This document shows, one piece after another, positions 36,060-47,660 of a DNA stretch of 64,000 nucleotides. The stretch covers positions 32,001-96,000 of the forward strand of contig CAWBHS010000038.1 of the NCBI GenBank assembly GCA_963788655.1, in the 5' to 3' direction. The stretch is from an uncultured Verrucomicrobiae bacterium. GTDB lineage: Bacteria > Verrucomicrobiota > Verrucomicrobiia > Limisphaerales > JAFGQR01. Each line of letters opens with the position of its first letter. Position 1 is the stretch's first letter. The notes under the pieces were generated by a model. The model had not been told where the DNA came from. It did no database searches and saw nothing but the letters and a program-made list of their open reading frames with translations. Both the position numbers and the translations under genes were made by a program.

Positions 36060-37868
36060 CTAAGCCCAGCTCTCCCAGTGGCGACGGCCACCGGCGGTGA
36101 ACCGGGCGGGTTGCGGTTGAGCGGAACGAGTCAGCTTCGGGTTACGCGGAGATTGGGAGACGGGTTCCGGCATTGGCTGGCGCCGGGTCTGGTCCTGGTC
36201 CGGCGCCTGGCGGAAGCCGTCGGAGAACGATTGGTGCGACAAATTGGTCGGGGTGAAATCCTGCAAAGTCCCCAGGCGAATCCCCTGGAGCGCCAGCGTC
36301 TGCTGCAATTGCCCCCATTGCGTGGTCCAACCCGCGCAATCTCCGCGCCGGCATTGCGCGTCCACTTCGATCCCGCCGGCGCGAACGTGTACCAGCACGG
36401 ACAACTCGGTTTCACGGTCGGGCTTGATGACGACCGTTACCGCGTCCGTGTTGCTCCGCTTCAATTCGACGATGCCTTGCATCAGTTTCTGTTGCACGTG
36501 CGCGAGCCGCGCCTCCGCGGATGGCACCGGGCTGCTGTCGGCTTCGCTCTGGAGGATTTCCGATCCCCGGCCGGCCACATCCGCGACGTAGATGCCTTCG
36601 GAGATTTGAATGGGCGCATACAACCGTTCCGGCGCCGCTTGACTTGTCGCGGTCACCGTGGAGGCGGATTTGGCACTATCTGCCGGCACCGCTCCGTTCC
36701 TTGCCGGGTTCGGCACCGTTTTCTCCGAACGGGGTTCGGAACGCATCATTTCTTCCGTGGTTTTCATCAACTGGGCAGTTTGAGCACTGGCTGTGCCATC
36801 GGGACGAGGCGGACTTGGCCGGTGGGCCGACGACATCGCGCCGGCCACCGAATTAGCGGAAATTGCCTCAGCGGGTACCGACCGGTTTGAACCGGGGCGT
36901 TCCTTCGTTCCAGAATTGGTTTCAACCGCTTTCCGTGCGGTGGGGTACACGTTTCTTTGCGCCGCTGATTCGGCACCATCGCGCTGATCCGATTTCGGTT
37001 CCGCCTTCGTCGCGGGTGTTTCGCGATTGGTCACCGAACGAAGGATTGTGGGTGGCGTGGAGATTGGGGATTGACCGCGCGCCTCCGAATCCGCGGTAGC
37101 GCCGGACTCTGGCGTGCTGGGGCCGGCGGCTCTGGATGGTTTTTCGGAAGTCACGGCCGAACGCGCCTCAAGTAATGGAGTCTTGGCCGGAACGCGATCC
37201 GATTCCTTCGCCCTCGATTTTCCGTCCTCGCTCGCGCCCGAGGGTGGTTCGGTTAAATCCTCTTCGGGAACCGCCATGCCGGGACCTCCTGCCCTTGAAA
37301 CGTCATTCGGCGGAACCGCTGCCGGCGCCATTACCGGGAGCGGTATGGCCGCAAACATGACTGCCTCCTGCTCGCCGGCTGACGGTTCGGATTGCCGCCT
37401 AGTTGGCGCATTAACGTCATTTGTTTCCGGGTCACGATCCCGGATCGAGCCGGGCTGCGTTTTCGCTGTCCGCGTCCGGATCCAGTTTCGCTCCGTTGGT
37501 TCGATAGTCTCCGTGCCGGCTTCGTTCGGAGTTCCGCCTTCGGGCGGTACCGCGTCTGAATCTTTTGCCGGTCGAGCATTGTGCTCAATGTGTTTCCGCT
37601 TGGACATCGTTCCCAATCCGCTCTCCTGTTCTCCTGGGGCGGCATCTCCAGGGGATTCCGGGCGATTGAGTTTCGCCGGAATCGTCCCCCGGTTTGAGCC
37701 CGGAGGATTTTCACGACGCGGCTTCCCCGCCAGCGCCTGATGCATTTCGGCGCTGAAGGACCGGCCGTTCTGGTGGGACTCGCGGGCGGATGGCGGTTCC
37801 ACCGTCGCACCGTCGGTGGGCGAGGTGCGCCGAGTTGCGAGCACGTTCAAAGTGGGGCTGGACATCAT
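36060..37868 (-). CDS. fliK: hook-length control protein
   Basis: Long low-complexity P/A/S/T region plus a C-terminal T3S4-like domain; upstream of flgD. Confidence 0.7.
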   Translation of the reverse strand: MMSSPTLNVLATRRTSPTDGATVEPPSARESHQNGRSFSAEMHQALAGKPRRENPPGSNRGTIPAKLNRPESPGDAAPGEQESGLGTMSKRKHIEHNARPAKDSDAVPPEGGTPNEAGTETIEPTERNWIRTRTAKTQPGSIRDRDPETNDVNAPTRRQSEPSAGEQEAVMFAAIPLPVMAPAAVPPNDVSRAGGPGMAVPEEDLTEPPSGASEDGKSRAKESDRVPAKTPLLEARSAVTSEKPSRAAGPSTPESGATADSEARGQSPISTPPTILRSVTNRETPATKAEPKSDQRDGAESAAQRNVYPTARKAVETNSGTKERPGSNRSVPAEAISANSVAGAMSSAHRPSPPRPDGTASAQTAQLMKTTEEMMRSEPRSEKTVPNPARNGAVPADSAKSASTVTATSQAAPERLYAPIQISEGIYVADVAGRGSEILQSEADSSPVPSAEARLAHVQQKLMQGIVELKRSNTDAVTVVIKPDRETELSVLVHVRAGGIEVDAQCRRGDCAGWTTQWGQLQQTLALQGIRLGTLQDFTPTNLSHQSFSDGFRQAPDQDQTRRQPMPEPVSQSPRNPKLTRSAQPQPARFTAGGRRHWESWA

Positions 37869-38461
37869 GGTTTTGTCGTGGAATTGCGAAACAAAGCCGT
37901 GCGCATACGTTCGGTAATATCAGCCACGCGTTTGGTTTCGGCGTCGCCGAGTTGGGCCATGCTCTCCAGCAAGGCCGCCGCTTCCTTGTCCTTCATGAAC
38001 ACCAGAATCTTCACCACTTCGTCGTCGTCCATTTCCTTGAAGATGCCGGCGGCGCCTTCCGGGGACATCGCCGAGTAGGTCTTGGCCAGGCGGCGCAAGT
38101 TGCTTTCTTCCTCTTCTTTGACGCGCACGAAATTGCGGTCGAACTGCATTTGCATGCGATGCACCGCCTGGGTGACGACGTTCAATTCCGCCCGTTCGGC
38201 GGCGAGGCGGGCGGCCAGTTCATCCAGTTGCTGCTTGCGCTCGGCCAGTCCGGCTTTTTCCTGCTTGAGGTCGGTGACCAACCGGGCCACTTCGGGATTG
38301 AAGAAGTCCCACGACGGAACCGGCGCGTTGGGTGTAATCGGGCCGGCCATGGTGCGGGAGTGAACGATTTTCGACGGACTCAGCATGAGCAGCGTCACCA
38401 TTCCGTAGAGCACGGAACCGATCAGGGCCAGAAACCATCCGGATTGGAGCAGGCGGGTCAT
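37865..38461 (-). CDS. MotE/FlbB/YlxF-like flagellar protein
   Basis: TM, coiled coil, LAKTYSAMSPEGAAGI; between fliJ and fliK. Confidence 0.75.
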   Translation of the reverse strand: MTRLLQSGWFLALIGSVLYGMVTLLMLSPSKIVHSRTMAGPITPNAPVPSWDFFNPEVARLVTDLKQEKAGLAERKQQLDELAARLAAERAELNVVTQAVHRMQMQFDRNFVRVKEEEESNLRRLAKTYSAMSPEGAAGIFKEMDDDEVVKILVFMKDKEAAALLESMAQLGDAETKRVADITERMRTALFRNSTTKP

Positions 38462-38462
38462 G

Positions 38463-38939
38463 TCAATTCCACAAAGGTTCGCGGGTTAAATGGAGGAGGG
38501 TGAACAAGGTGTTGCGCCGGCTGGCCAGTTCGTCCAATTGTTTCTGTTCGTGCCGGCGGCGCTGCCGGTGATAGTGGCGCTTCTGGCTTTCGATCAATTT
38601 GTCCACCACCGTGCGCGCCTGCCGGGCGGCCAACAGATGCGTAAACGCGCATCGGGCGTTGTTCCGCGCAACATTCAAGGCGTGTTCACTGGCCCGCCGC
38701 CGCCGCTCGACCGTTTGGCAATACGCCTGCAGGTGCGCCAATTTCTCAGCCGCGCCGCCCGCTTCGAGCAACTGGTGCAGTTCCACCCAGCATTCCACCA
38801 ATTCCTGTTGCACCCCATCGAGCTTGGTCCGGGCCTGTTCCTGGGCCTGTAAGGTCCGGCCGTATTCCTGCAGGGCTTCTTGTTCCTGCCGTTCGCGCAG
38901 CGTACGCAAAGCTTGAAGTGATGATTTGAAAGCTTTCAT
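38463..38939 (-). CDS. fliJ: flagellar export protein
   Basis: MKAFKSSLQALRTLRE...EQKQLDELA; downstream of fliI. Confidence 0.85.
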   Translation of the reverse strand: MKAFKSSLQALRTLRERQEQEALQEYGRTLQAQEQARTKLDGVQQELVECWVELHQLLEAGGAAEKLAHLQAYCQTVERRRRASEHALNVARNNARCAFTHLLAARQARTVVDKLIESQKRHYHRQRRRHEQKQLDELASRRNTLFTLLHLTREPLWN

Positions 38940-38958
38940 AGGTCAGGCAAAAAGACGT

Positions 38959-40336
38959 TCATTTTGAATGGGCCGAGGGTTTGGGTGGCGGTGCCGGCGG
39001 CGGCTGCATGGCCGTGGCCAGTAATTCCCAACTGTTGGCCGCCGGCAGCCCTTGTTCGACTGGTTGTCGCAAAAATGTCTCGAGCGTTTGCTGCCAAAAG
39101 ATGGCTTGGTCGATGGCCGGATTGCTCCCCGCCGGATAAGCGCCCGATGTTGATCAAATCCTGGTTCTTCCGATAAATCGCCAACGCTTCGCGGGCGGCG
39201 GAAACGAGTGCCAGTTGCTCGGGATTCCACAGATCGCGGTCCAAACGGCTCACGCTGGCCAACACGTCAATCGCCGGATAATGATTTTGCGTGGCCAACT
39301 CACGCGTCAAGACGATGTGCCCGTCGAGGATCGAGCGGACCGAATCGGCGATCGGATCATTCATGTCGTCCGCTTCAACGAGCACGGTGAACAGACCGGT
39401 AATGGTGCCCGCGCGCCGGTGCCGGCGCGCTCCAGCAATTGCGGCAACAAGGAGAACACGGACGGCGTGTAACCGCGCGTGGCCGGCGGTTCGCCAATCG
39501 CCAGCCCAATCTCGCGTTGGGCCATCGCAAAGCGCGTCACCGAATCCATCATCAGCAGCACGTTCTGCCCTTCGTCGCGGAAATGCTCCGCGATGGCCAT
39601 CGCCAGGAACGCGCCTTTCAACCGCGCCAACGCCGGTTCATTCGACGTGGCCACCACCACCACCGATTTTCGGCGGCCGGCTTCATCCAGATCCTTTTCC
39701 AGAAACTCGCGCACTTCCCGGCCGCGTTCGCCGATGAGCGCAATCACGTTCACGTCCGCCTCGGCCTGGCTGGCCATCATGCCCAGCAAGGTGGACTTGC
39801 CGACGCCGCTGCCGGCAAAAATGCCCAACCGTTGACCGCGCCCGCAGGGCAGGAACGTGTCGATGGCTTTGATGCCGGTGTGAAAAACGTCGCGGATGCG
39901 CTGGCGTTTGAGCGGGTGCGGCGGCGCCAGGTGCAACGAGGCGCGGCGTTCCGTCACCAACGGCCCGAGGTCGTCAAGCGGATGGCCCAAGCCGTCGATC
40001 ACGCGGCCTTTCAAGGCGTCGCCCACCGGCACCCGCAGCGGCCCATCCGACGGCGATGACTTCACTGCCCGGGTGAATTCCGTGCAATTCGCCCAATGGC
40101 ATCAGCAGCAGATGATGATTTCGAAACCCCACCACTTCGGCCAGCATCGATTCACTGTGGCAGGCGGATTCGATGCGGCAGACTTCGCCCACGGCCGCCA
40201 GCGGTCCTTCCGACTCGATGACCAGCCCGGTCAATTGCACGACCCGGCCGCGGTTCTCGAGCGTGCGCGCGGTGCGGGCTCGTTGGAGCAGGTGCTCCAG
40301 GCGTTGGGCGGAATCTTGGGTGGGCAACACGATCAT
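38959..40336 (-). pseudogene. fliI: flagellar ATPase with three single-base frameshifts (real or assembly error)
   Basis: GIFAGSGVGKST, GERGREVREF, DSVTRFA, GEPP and SILDGHI motifs spread over several frames; shifts near 40045, 39410 and 39145. Confidence 0.9.
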
Positions 40337-40923
40337 GCGACGAGGGATTTCTTCAGCATTTCCATTTTCGTCTCCCGCTGGCCGTCGATCACCCCAAAGC
40401 GGGTGCGGACCAGACAGCCGCCGCGGGTCACTTCCGTCGCCGGATGAAAGTAGATGGGCTGGGTGCCGGGCCGGGGCTCCAGCAGATCGGCATTCGCGCG
40501 GCGCAAGAGTTCGAGGTCATCCGGGTGCAGATAGATATTGAACTCGGTATTTTCCTCGACCTGGGCCATTGCTTCGCGCACGGCAGCCACCACCACCTCG
40601 GCGTCAATCGGCAAGCCGGCCACCAGTTTTTGCGCCACCTCGAGGGCCAGCGCTGTGACGGTTTGCTCCGTTTCGCGGATCACTTGCGGCACGGTGTCGC
40701 GAAGCGATTGGAGGACGCCGTTCTGGAGTTCAACCAGTTCGCCGCGTTGCTGCATGAGCTGTTCGCTGAGCGCTTGTTCGCCCTCCTGAAGTCCCCGTTC
40801 GTAGGCGGCCTGTTCCCGGCGCGCCAGCGCTTGCTCGGTGAGTTCAGCGGGGGTGGGCGGCGCGGCCAATCGGACGGCGCGCAGCGGCGCGGGCAACCGG
40901 ATTTTGAGCGACGTGACGTTCAT
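40333..40923 (-). CDS. fliH: flagellar assembly protein
   Basis: AYERGLQEG, YLHPDD and GGCLVRT motifs. Confidence 0.9.
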   Translation of the reverse strand: MNVTSLKIRLPAPLRAVRLAAPPTPAELTEQALARREQAAYERGLQEGEQALSEQLMQQRGELVELQNGVLQSLRDTVPQVIRETEQTVTALALEVAQKLVAGLPIDAEVVVAAVREAMAQVEENTEFNIYLHPDDLELLRRANADLLEPRPGTQPIYFHPATEVTRGGCLVRTRFGVIDGQRETKMEMLKKSLVA

Positions 40924-41963
40924 GCGGCAGCGGCCAATTCCTGCGGCGATTCCAGATCGATCTCGCCTTCATTTTCGAGGCGCCGGACCACTTCCACGAT
41001 CCGCAATTGGGCGGCCTCGATCTCCTTCAACTTAACCGAGGCCATGAAGGTCATTTCTTCGTTGACCGTTTCGGCGGCCCGCTTGGAAATCGCGGTGAAC
41101 AATCGGGTCTTGAGCGCTTCGTCGGCTTTCTTGAGCGCCAGCGCCAAGTCGCGCATATCGACTTCGCGCATGACTTTTTGGAGCGCGGCGGTTTCCAAGC
41201 GGGTCAGGTCGGCGAAGGTGAACATCTTCTGGCGGATGGCCTGCCCCAATTCGGCATTGCGTTCCTCCAACGCGGTCAAAATGGTTTTGCTCAAGCTCTT
41301 GTTGAGCGTGTTCAGCAGCGTGGCGGCCGCCTTGACGCCTCCGGTTTGGTTGATGCCGCGCGTGGTCTTGCCGCTCAGCCGGCGTTGCAAGACGGCGGCC
41401 AGTCGTTCCACCACGTCCACCGGGGTCGGCTCGAGCGTCGCCAACCGCTCGATCACTTGGTCGCGCAACTCGGGCCGCATGAAGCAGAGCATTTCCGACG
41501 CTTTGTCGGGCCGCAGGTAGCTGGTCACCAGCGCAATCGTCTGAATGTGCTCGTCCTTGATCAGGTTGAAGAGCGGGCGGACTTCCATGTCGGCGATGCG
41601 TTGCGCCGCCGGATTGTTGGAACCCGGGGTCACCCGGGTGAGAATGTCGCTGGCTTTGTGGGAACCGACCGCCTTCTCGAGCGCGCTTTGGGCGAACTCC
41701 ATGCCGCCGTGCAACGTGGTGCCGGCGGCCACGGCGAGCGACGACATTTCCCCCATGATTTGCGTCCGCAATTCCTGGGTGATCGACGGCATCCGCGCCA
41801 TCTCCGCCGAGACCGCATCCAATTCGGACGTGCCGAGCGACTTCAACACCTGCGCTGCGCTTTCCGGGCCGAGGATGATCAGCAAGGCCGCCAGTTTTTG
41901 AATCTTGGACATCTTGGAAATGTCCAGCGTCGTTTCGGTGGTGGGGTCGGCATAGCTGGTCAT
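40920..41963 (-). CDS. fliG: flagellar motor switch protein
   Basis: KLAALLIILG, EHIQTIAL, MFTFADL, LALALK and ISKRAA motifs. Confidence 0.95.
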   Translation of the reverse strand: MTSYADPTTETTLDISKMSKIQKLAALLIILGPESAAQVLKSLGTSELDAVSAEMARMPSITQELRTQIMGEMSSLAVAAGTTLHGGMEFAQSALEKAVGSHKASDILTRVTPGSNNPAAQRIADMEVRPLFNLIKDEHIQTIALVTSYLRPDKASEMLCFMRPELRDQVIERLATLEPTPVDVVERLAAVLQRRLSGKTTRGINQTGGVKAAATLLNTLNKSLSKTILTALEERNAELGQAIRQKMFTFADLTRLETAALQKVMREVDMRDLALALKKADEALKTRLFTAISKRAAETVNEEMTFMASVKLKEIEAAQLRIVEVVRRLENEGEIDLESPQELAAAA

Positions 41964-41979
41964 AGGCGCAACACGTCAA

Positions 41980-43637
41980 TCAGTTTTTCGAGGACGATCC
42001 GCCGGCCAACCAGTTCTGAATGGCCTGGGTAAAGTTCTCCGGGTTTTCATGCACCAACCGGTTCATCACTTCCGGCGTCACCACGCCGGGGGGAGATTTC
42101 GGCGCCGGTTGCCGCCGGGTGTTCCGTGGCCGTCGCCGTTGCCGCCAGCCGGACGGAGGCCGCCGCCGTTTCCGTTGTCAAACCCACCGGCATACTCATC
42201 GAGGTGCAGGCCCACGGGAATGTTCTCCGCGGGGGTGCGTTTGAGTAATCGCCAGAAAATAAACAACACGCCGAGCGCCAGTCCCAGGTAGATGTAATTC
42301 TGCATTTGGTCCCACCAGAATTGCTTGTTGCCTTGGTTGCCGAATTCCTTGGCCACCTCGGCAAAGGGTTCACTGAACGGCATCTCCTCGAGGGTGATCT
42401 GGTCGCCGGGGGTGCCATTGGCATCGGCTTGAATGCCCAGCGCGTGCTGGACGATGCGTTGGAGTTTCTGCAATTCCTCGGGCGGGCGCGGCACCATTTT
42501 GCGATCCGCGCCGGTGCCTTCAAACCGGGCGGCCACGAAGACGGCGGCGGTCAACCGTTTCACGCCGCCGGCGATCTTCGTCAGACTGCTGGTGGTTTTA
42601 TCGATCTCGTATTGGGTGTCGGTGACCTTCTTCTTGGTCTTGGTGGCGTTGACCGGACTGGCGCTCACATAATTGGTTTCAAAGCCCAGGTTGGCGGCAA
42701 TGCCCGGCGCGCCCCCGCCACTGGCGGCGTTGCTGGAATCGATGGTTTCGTCGGTCGTCGTGGTGGACCGCTCGACCTGGCCGTCGGGATTGAATTTCTC
42801 CTGGGTTTCCGTCGAGGTTTCGGTGTTGATTTCCGCCGACACGCGCACGACCGCCTGGCCCGGGCCCAGCACCGCTTCCAACATGCTCTCCGCTTTGTGC
42901 GAAAAGTATTGTTCCAAGTCACGCCGCGCCTTGAGCTGGCTGGCGGTCAGGCCGAAGAGGGAATTGTCATCACTGTTTTCCGAAAGGACCGTGCCACGGT
43001 TATCGACTACGGTGACCTGGCCGGGCGGCAGGCCCTCGACGGAATTGGCCACCAGAAACCGGATGGAATTGACCGCTGCCGGCGAGATGCTGCCGCCGCG
43101 GGTGCGAACGAAAACCGCGGCGGTCGTCTTCTTTTGGTTGTCCACCAGCAAGCGATTCTCCGGCATGACAATCATCACGCGCGCGGCCTCCACTTCGTCC
43201 AGTTGGGCGATGGTGCGCGCCAGTTCGCCCTGGATGGCGCGGACGTAATTGGCCCGTTGCACGAAATCCGAAATGCCGAAATTGGGTTTGTCGAAAATCT
43301 CGAAACCGACGCCGTCGCCGCGGGGGATGCCGCGGGAGGCCAGTTGCATGCGGGCCTGGTGAATCTGGTCGCTCGGCACATAAATGGCGCTGCCCGCCTG
43401 CCCCAGTTTGTAGGGAATCTTGGCTTCGTCGAGATAGGCCACCACTTTGGCACCCTCGGCATCATCCAAACGGCCATAGAGGAGACCGTAATCGACGCGG
43501 GCGGACCAAAACGCCAGACTGAGCAGGGCGATCAACACCACCCCGGCGGCCAGCACCACGCTGATGCGTTGGTTTAAACCCAGTTGTTTCCAGATTCCCA
43601 GAAGTTGCTGACCGAGTTTTACGACGTTTCGGTTCAT
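41980..43637 (-). CDS. fliF: MS-ring protein; C-terminal tail in a shifted frame
   Basis: GFEIFD, QGELARTI and VDNRG motifs; tail GVVTPEVMNRLVHENPENFTQAIQNWL continues in another frame after about 42100. Confidence 0.9.
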
Positions 43638-43676
43638 GCCCTAAATCATGTCTGCCTTCAGCGAATCCATCCTGGG

Positions 43677-44045
43677 TTATACCTGCATGCGCATCACTTC
43701 CTGGTACGCTTCCAATAGTTTGTTCCGCACCTCGACCATGAGTTGGAAGGAAACGCTGGCTTCTTCCATCGCGATCATGGCCTGGTGCAACGAGACATTC
43801 TGGCCGCCGAGCACCCCCGCCACCGCATCGCCCGCGACGGCTTGTTTGGCGTTGACCTCGCCCACCAAGCGTCCCAGCAGCGATCCAAACGAAGGCGCAG
43901 CTTTTTCGGTGGGGGTAAGGCCCGCCGGCGCCAGCGACTCCAATTCCGCCGGCGAAATCACTCCCGGCCCCGACGGGCCGACGGGCGGGCGCAGGGACCG
44001 CAATTCGGGCACCACCGAGGGTTGGATTGCCGATAAGGGGCTCAT
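43677..44045 (-). CDS. fliE: hook-basal body protein
   Basis: LHQAMIAMEEASVSFQLMVEVRNKLLEAYQEVMRMQV. Confidence 0.95.
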   Translation of the reverse strand: MSPLSAIQPSVVPELRSLRPPVGPSGPGVISPAELESLAPAGLTPTEKAAPSFGSLLGRLVGEVNAKQAVAGDAVAGVLGGQNVSLHQAMIAMEEASVSFQLMVEVRNKLLEAYQEVMRMQV

Positions 44046-44060
44046 TCAGCATGGGGGAGG

Positions 44061-44492
44061 TTATCCGCGTTTCCCGATGGACAGTTCCTGCATGGCCAAC
44101 GCGCGGGCATTCTTGACCACCGCCAGGTTGGCTTCAAACGCCCGCGAGGCGCTGATCATATCGACCATCTCTTCGAACATGTTGATGTTCGGCATCGCCA
44201 CCATCCCCCGGGCGTCGGCATCCGGATGGCCGGGATCGTGAACCAACTTGGGCGGGCGGGGATCTTTGGCAATCTGGCTGACGCGGAGGCTGGGAAAGGA
44301 CGTGCCGGCATCCGGTCCCAGATGCTGTTGGAGCACGGTTTCAAACACGACCTGCTGCCGTTGATACGGTTTGCCATCCAAGCCGCGGGTCGTATTGACG
44401 TTGGCGATGTTCTGGCCGATCACGTCCATGCGGATGCGTTCGGCGGCGAGGGCCGAGGTCGTGCTTTGAATTCCGGGGAGCAGGTCAATCAT
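44061..44492 (-). CDS. flgC: basal-body rod protein
   Basis: NIANVNTT, DPGHPDA, PNIN and ASRAFEAN motifs. Confidence 0.95.
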   Translation of the reverse strand: MIDLLPGIQSTTSALAAERIRMDVIGQNIANVNTTRGLDGKPYQRQQVVFETVLQQHLGPDAGTSFPSLRVSQIAKDPRPPKLVHDPGHPDADARGMVAMPNINMFEEMVDMISASRAFEANLAVVKNARALAMQELSIGKRG

Positions 44493-44503
44493 AAATCAAA
44501 GCG

Positions 44504-44887
44504 TCAATTGGGTCGGCCGGTGATGGCCATGCGCAGGCGCAGCAGGTTGCCGGAGATCAGTTGGGTTTCGAGCGCGTGCGCCACCATGTTTTTGTTCAGT
44601 TCGCCCATCTCGGCTTCGAGCTCGACCGTGTTGCCGTCGAGCTTGCGGGAGATGGCCTGGTTATCGATGGCCAATTGGGGTTGGATCGACGCAATCTGAC
44701 TGGAGCTTTTGAGGGCCAGTGCCTGGCGCAGTTCATCTTTGAAGGACGGCGCCACGTCCATCCGTTTGTAGTTGGGCGTTTCGACGTTGGCCAAATTGCT
44801 CGCAATGGCCTCGTGGCGGAGCACCGTGGCATCCATCAGCTTTTTGGCCGCCACATAGTTTGGCTGGTTAAAGAGTGCGCTAATCAT
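44504..44887 (-). CDS. flgB: basal-body rod protein
   Basis: ASNLANVETPNYK and DGNTVELE; ATG 44887. Confidence 0.93.
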   Translation of the reverse strand: MISALFNQPNYVAAKKLMDATVLRHEAIASNLANVETPNYKRMDVAPSFKDELRQALALKSSSQIASIQPQLAIDNQAISRKLDGNTVELEAEMGELNKNMVAHALETQLISGNLLRLRMAITGRPN

Positions 44888-44907
44888 AAACCTACGTCGG
44901 GTCTTCA

Positions 44908-44923
44908 AGCAGCCGATATGCCA
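44908..44923 (-). promoter_or_regulatory. sigma54 (-24/-12) promoter of the flagellar operon
   Basis: Minus strand TGGCATATCGGCTGCT has correct GG-N10-GC spacing, about 20 nt upstream of flgB. Confidence 0.7.
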
Positions 44924-45187
44924 GTAGGCAGAAAGCAGCAGAACCAAGGCATTTCGCGCCGGGCCACTGAGCGTGGAGGAAAATGTTACCGGTTGAATGC
45001 CAACCTCTAGGCAAGGTTGGGAAAGGAAACGCGTCCTCGGATATGATCGGGCTTCGCCGCCGCGGTGGCTGTCCGAAAAATGGACAGTGTCTCAAGACAC
45101 GCGACAGATACGGGATGCTGGCGGCTGGATGTCGCGTGTCGAATTCCGATGGGTGATTGAAACCGGTTGCTTCAGCGGTAACAAAAC

Positions 45188-47660
45188 TTACCATCCCACG
45201 AGGAAGCTGAGGTACGTGTGGTTGTTCAAATTGGTGAGCTCGTCCACGTCATCATCCGCGTCCAAATAGACGTTCAAACAAATGCTGGCCTTCCGGCAAG
45301 CCTTGCGGGTAAATCCGGTATTCCAAGTCCGACCAACCCGGCCCTTTGGACGTGATATCCAAGGGCCAGGGACTTCCCCCATCAAGCAACAGAACATCGC
45401 GAAAACCGCCGGTGTCGGCACTTCCATAATTGCCCACGCCCCAATACACCTCAAAGGGCTGACCGGGCTGGACCCAGGTCATGGGCTGGGCGTTCCATTG
45501 CATCCAGATGCTGGTGGTGAAGCCCAGGTCCGGCTTGTTTTGTGGGGGAGGATCGTCGGGCGGCGTTGGCTGCGGACGCGGATCCGGCACCACGATCTCC
45601 ACAATCGGCGAGTCGGCCACGTATTGCTCGTAATTTGAGGTCGGCACATCCCAGTTGGACGCTCGCATCACGAAACGCCAAGTGCCGAGTTGGTTTTCCG
45701 GATGAACCGAAAATCCCTGGACGAAGTCCCCTTCCACCCAACCCCCATTGAGCTGACTCGATCCCCCGGCCGTGGTGTTGTAATTGATACCCGGATCCGT
45801 CGGACTTTGGACGTGCAAATTGTAGTATGCTTCGCAATCGGCGTTGTCCTTCCACTTGTAATGAAAGGTGACGTGTTTGCTGAGGGTCGTTCCGTTCCAC
45901 GTCGGAGCTTCTGTGAGGGTGACTTCCAGATCCGGCGGAGTCATGGAACCGGAAGTCCGGGTCCAAAGCTTCCAATCATCATCCGGTTCCCAGGGATTGG
46001 TCGCCCAGGATATGACCTTTCCCAACGTTTCCCCGTTCTCGTTCCAAGCCCGGATGCGGTAAAGGTACTCTGTGCAGGAGGATAAACCGGTGTCGAGGTA
46101 TTCGATCCAGCCCGCCACATAACCACCGGGAAAGCCGGCGACTTGGGTCCAGTTATTTTCCCAGCTTTCCTTGCGCTCCAGCACGTAGGCATCGGCGTCC
46201 AACGGAAAGTGCCATTTCAGGCCGATCGAGGTCTGGTCCCGGGTGGTGGGCTGGAATTGAATCCAGGGACTGGGCGGACAATCACTGGGATAACAACCCG
46301 TCGTGAGCAATCCCGCCGTGGTGCCACAGAGTTCGGCGGGATCGGAAAGCGTCTCCCCGTAGGTATTCCAGGCCCGCAGGCGATAACAATACTCGGTATC
46401 GGGCTGGAGCCCGGTATCGCTGTACCGGATCCATCCGTTTACATAACCGGTGCCAAAGGTCGCAATGGTGGTCCACCCGTGGTTGGCCGTGTGACGTTCC
46501 AAGACGTAACCGTCGGCATTCACCGGATATTTCCACATTAAATCGAAGGAAGTTTGTCCGGTTTGAAAACCGTCGAACTGCAATCCGTATGCGGGAGAAG
46601 GAGGGAACTTGCCACTGGCCGAATCGACGACACACGCTTCGGTAGAACCGCTGTTGAGGACGACCATATCGCCGTTGTCCCGCACGCCCAGGACCGAGGC
46701 TTGTAACAGATAATAACCCGGTTTGATGGAGTCTCGGATTTCCAGGGGGATTTGCAGTTGCGTGTCTCCCGCGGGTAACAAGGCGTGACCCCTGATGCCT
46801 TCCTTCCTGGCTAGACGAACATTTTGTGGCTGGGCGATTGGCCGCAACAAAGGCGGCGCTTCATAGGCAACCACCTCGACAAAAACATCCTCCTGCACAG
46901 TGCGCCGTTCCACGGAAACCTGGAGCGTATTGATCAGGCTGCCCACGGCGGAACGGCCGGGCATCAGCGGTTGAAAGACGGCAATTTGATTGACCCGAAT
47001 TTCAAAGTCATTGATCAGCACCAAGCAGGCGTCCGTACTCCCGCCGTCTCCGTTGATGACTTTTACATAGAAGCACTTGGGGCCATGTTCTACGGTGCTC
47101 GCCGTAGCGCGGCGCGTGGTAAATATGGCGGAGAGTTCGGACAGCCATTCTGGCTCGATCCGCACCTCGATCAGGCCGGATTGAACCTGCTGCGGCCGGA
47201 GATCCATTTGGAGCGGCTTAACTCCCGGATGGAGCAACCGGACGATGGCATTGTCCTGAAATCCTTGGCCATAAATTCGCAGGAGGGGTGCCTCATCCTC
47301 CAAATCAATCTCGCGGGGCTCCAGCGCATCCACATAAAGACCGGTGGCCAGGCGACCGGGTCGCGGGTTGGGGCGCAATTGGAAGTATTCCTCCGAGTGC
47401 AACACCGGACGGTTCAAGAGCCGGCGTCCGTCCGCGGCCACGAGCGGATCGCCGGCCACCCGTTGCCAACGAACGGGCGGTTTCAGTGAAGAAGTTGAAT
47501 ACAGTCCATAATCGCCGGTCCAGCGCAGGACGGCCGTTGCATCATTTTCCGCAGCGTCCCGGCCAACCCTGACCGACAGTCCGGGTTGCGACCATGCGGA
47601 CGAACAAGGGAACAATCCGATTAGCGATGTTGTGACTACCGTTAAGCACATTGAATTCAT
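45188..47660 (-). CDS. secreted fibronectin type III / CARDB domain protein (1-nt frameshift near the 3' end)
   Basis: Signal peptide; two YxDTGLxxxTEYxYRxRAWNxxG FN3 repeats; PDL..V.N.G....F CARDB; tail NVYLDADDDVDELTNLNN in a shifted frame near 45275. Confidence 0.8.
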
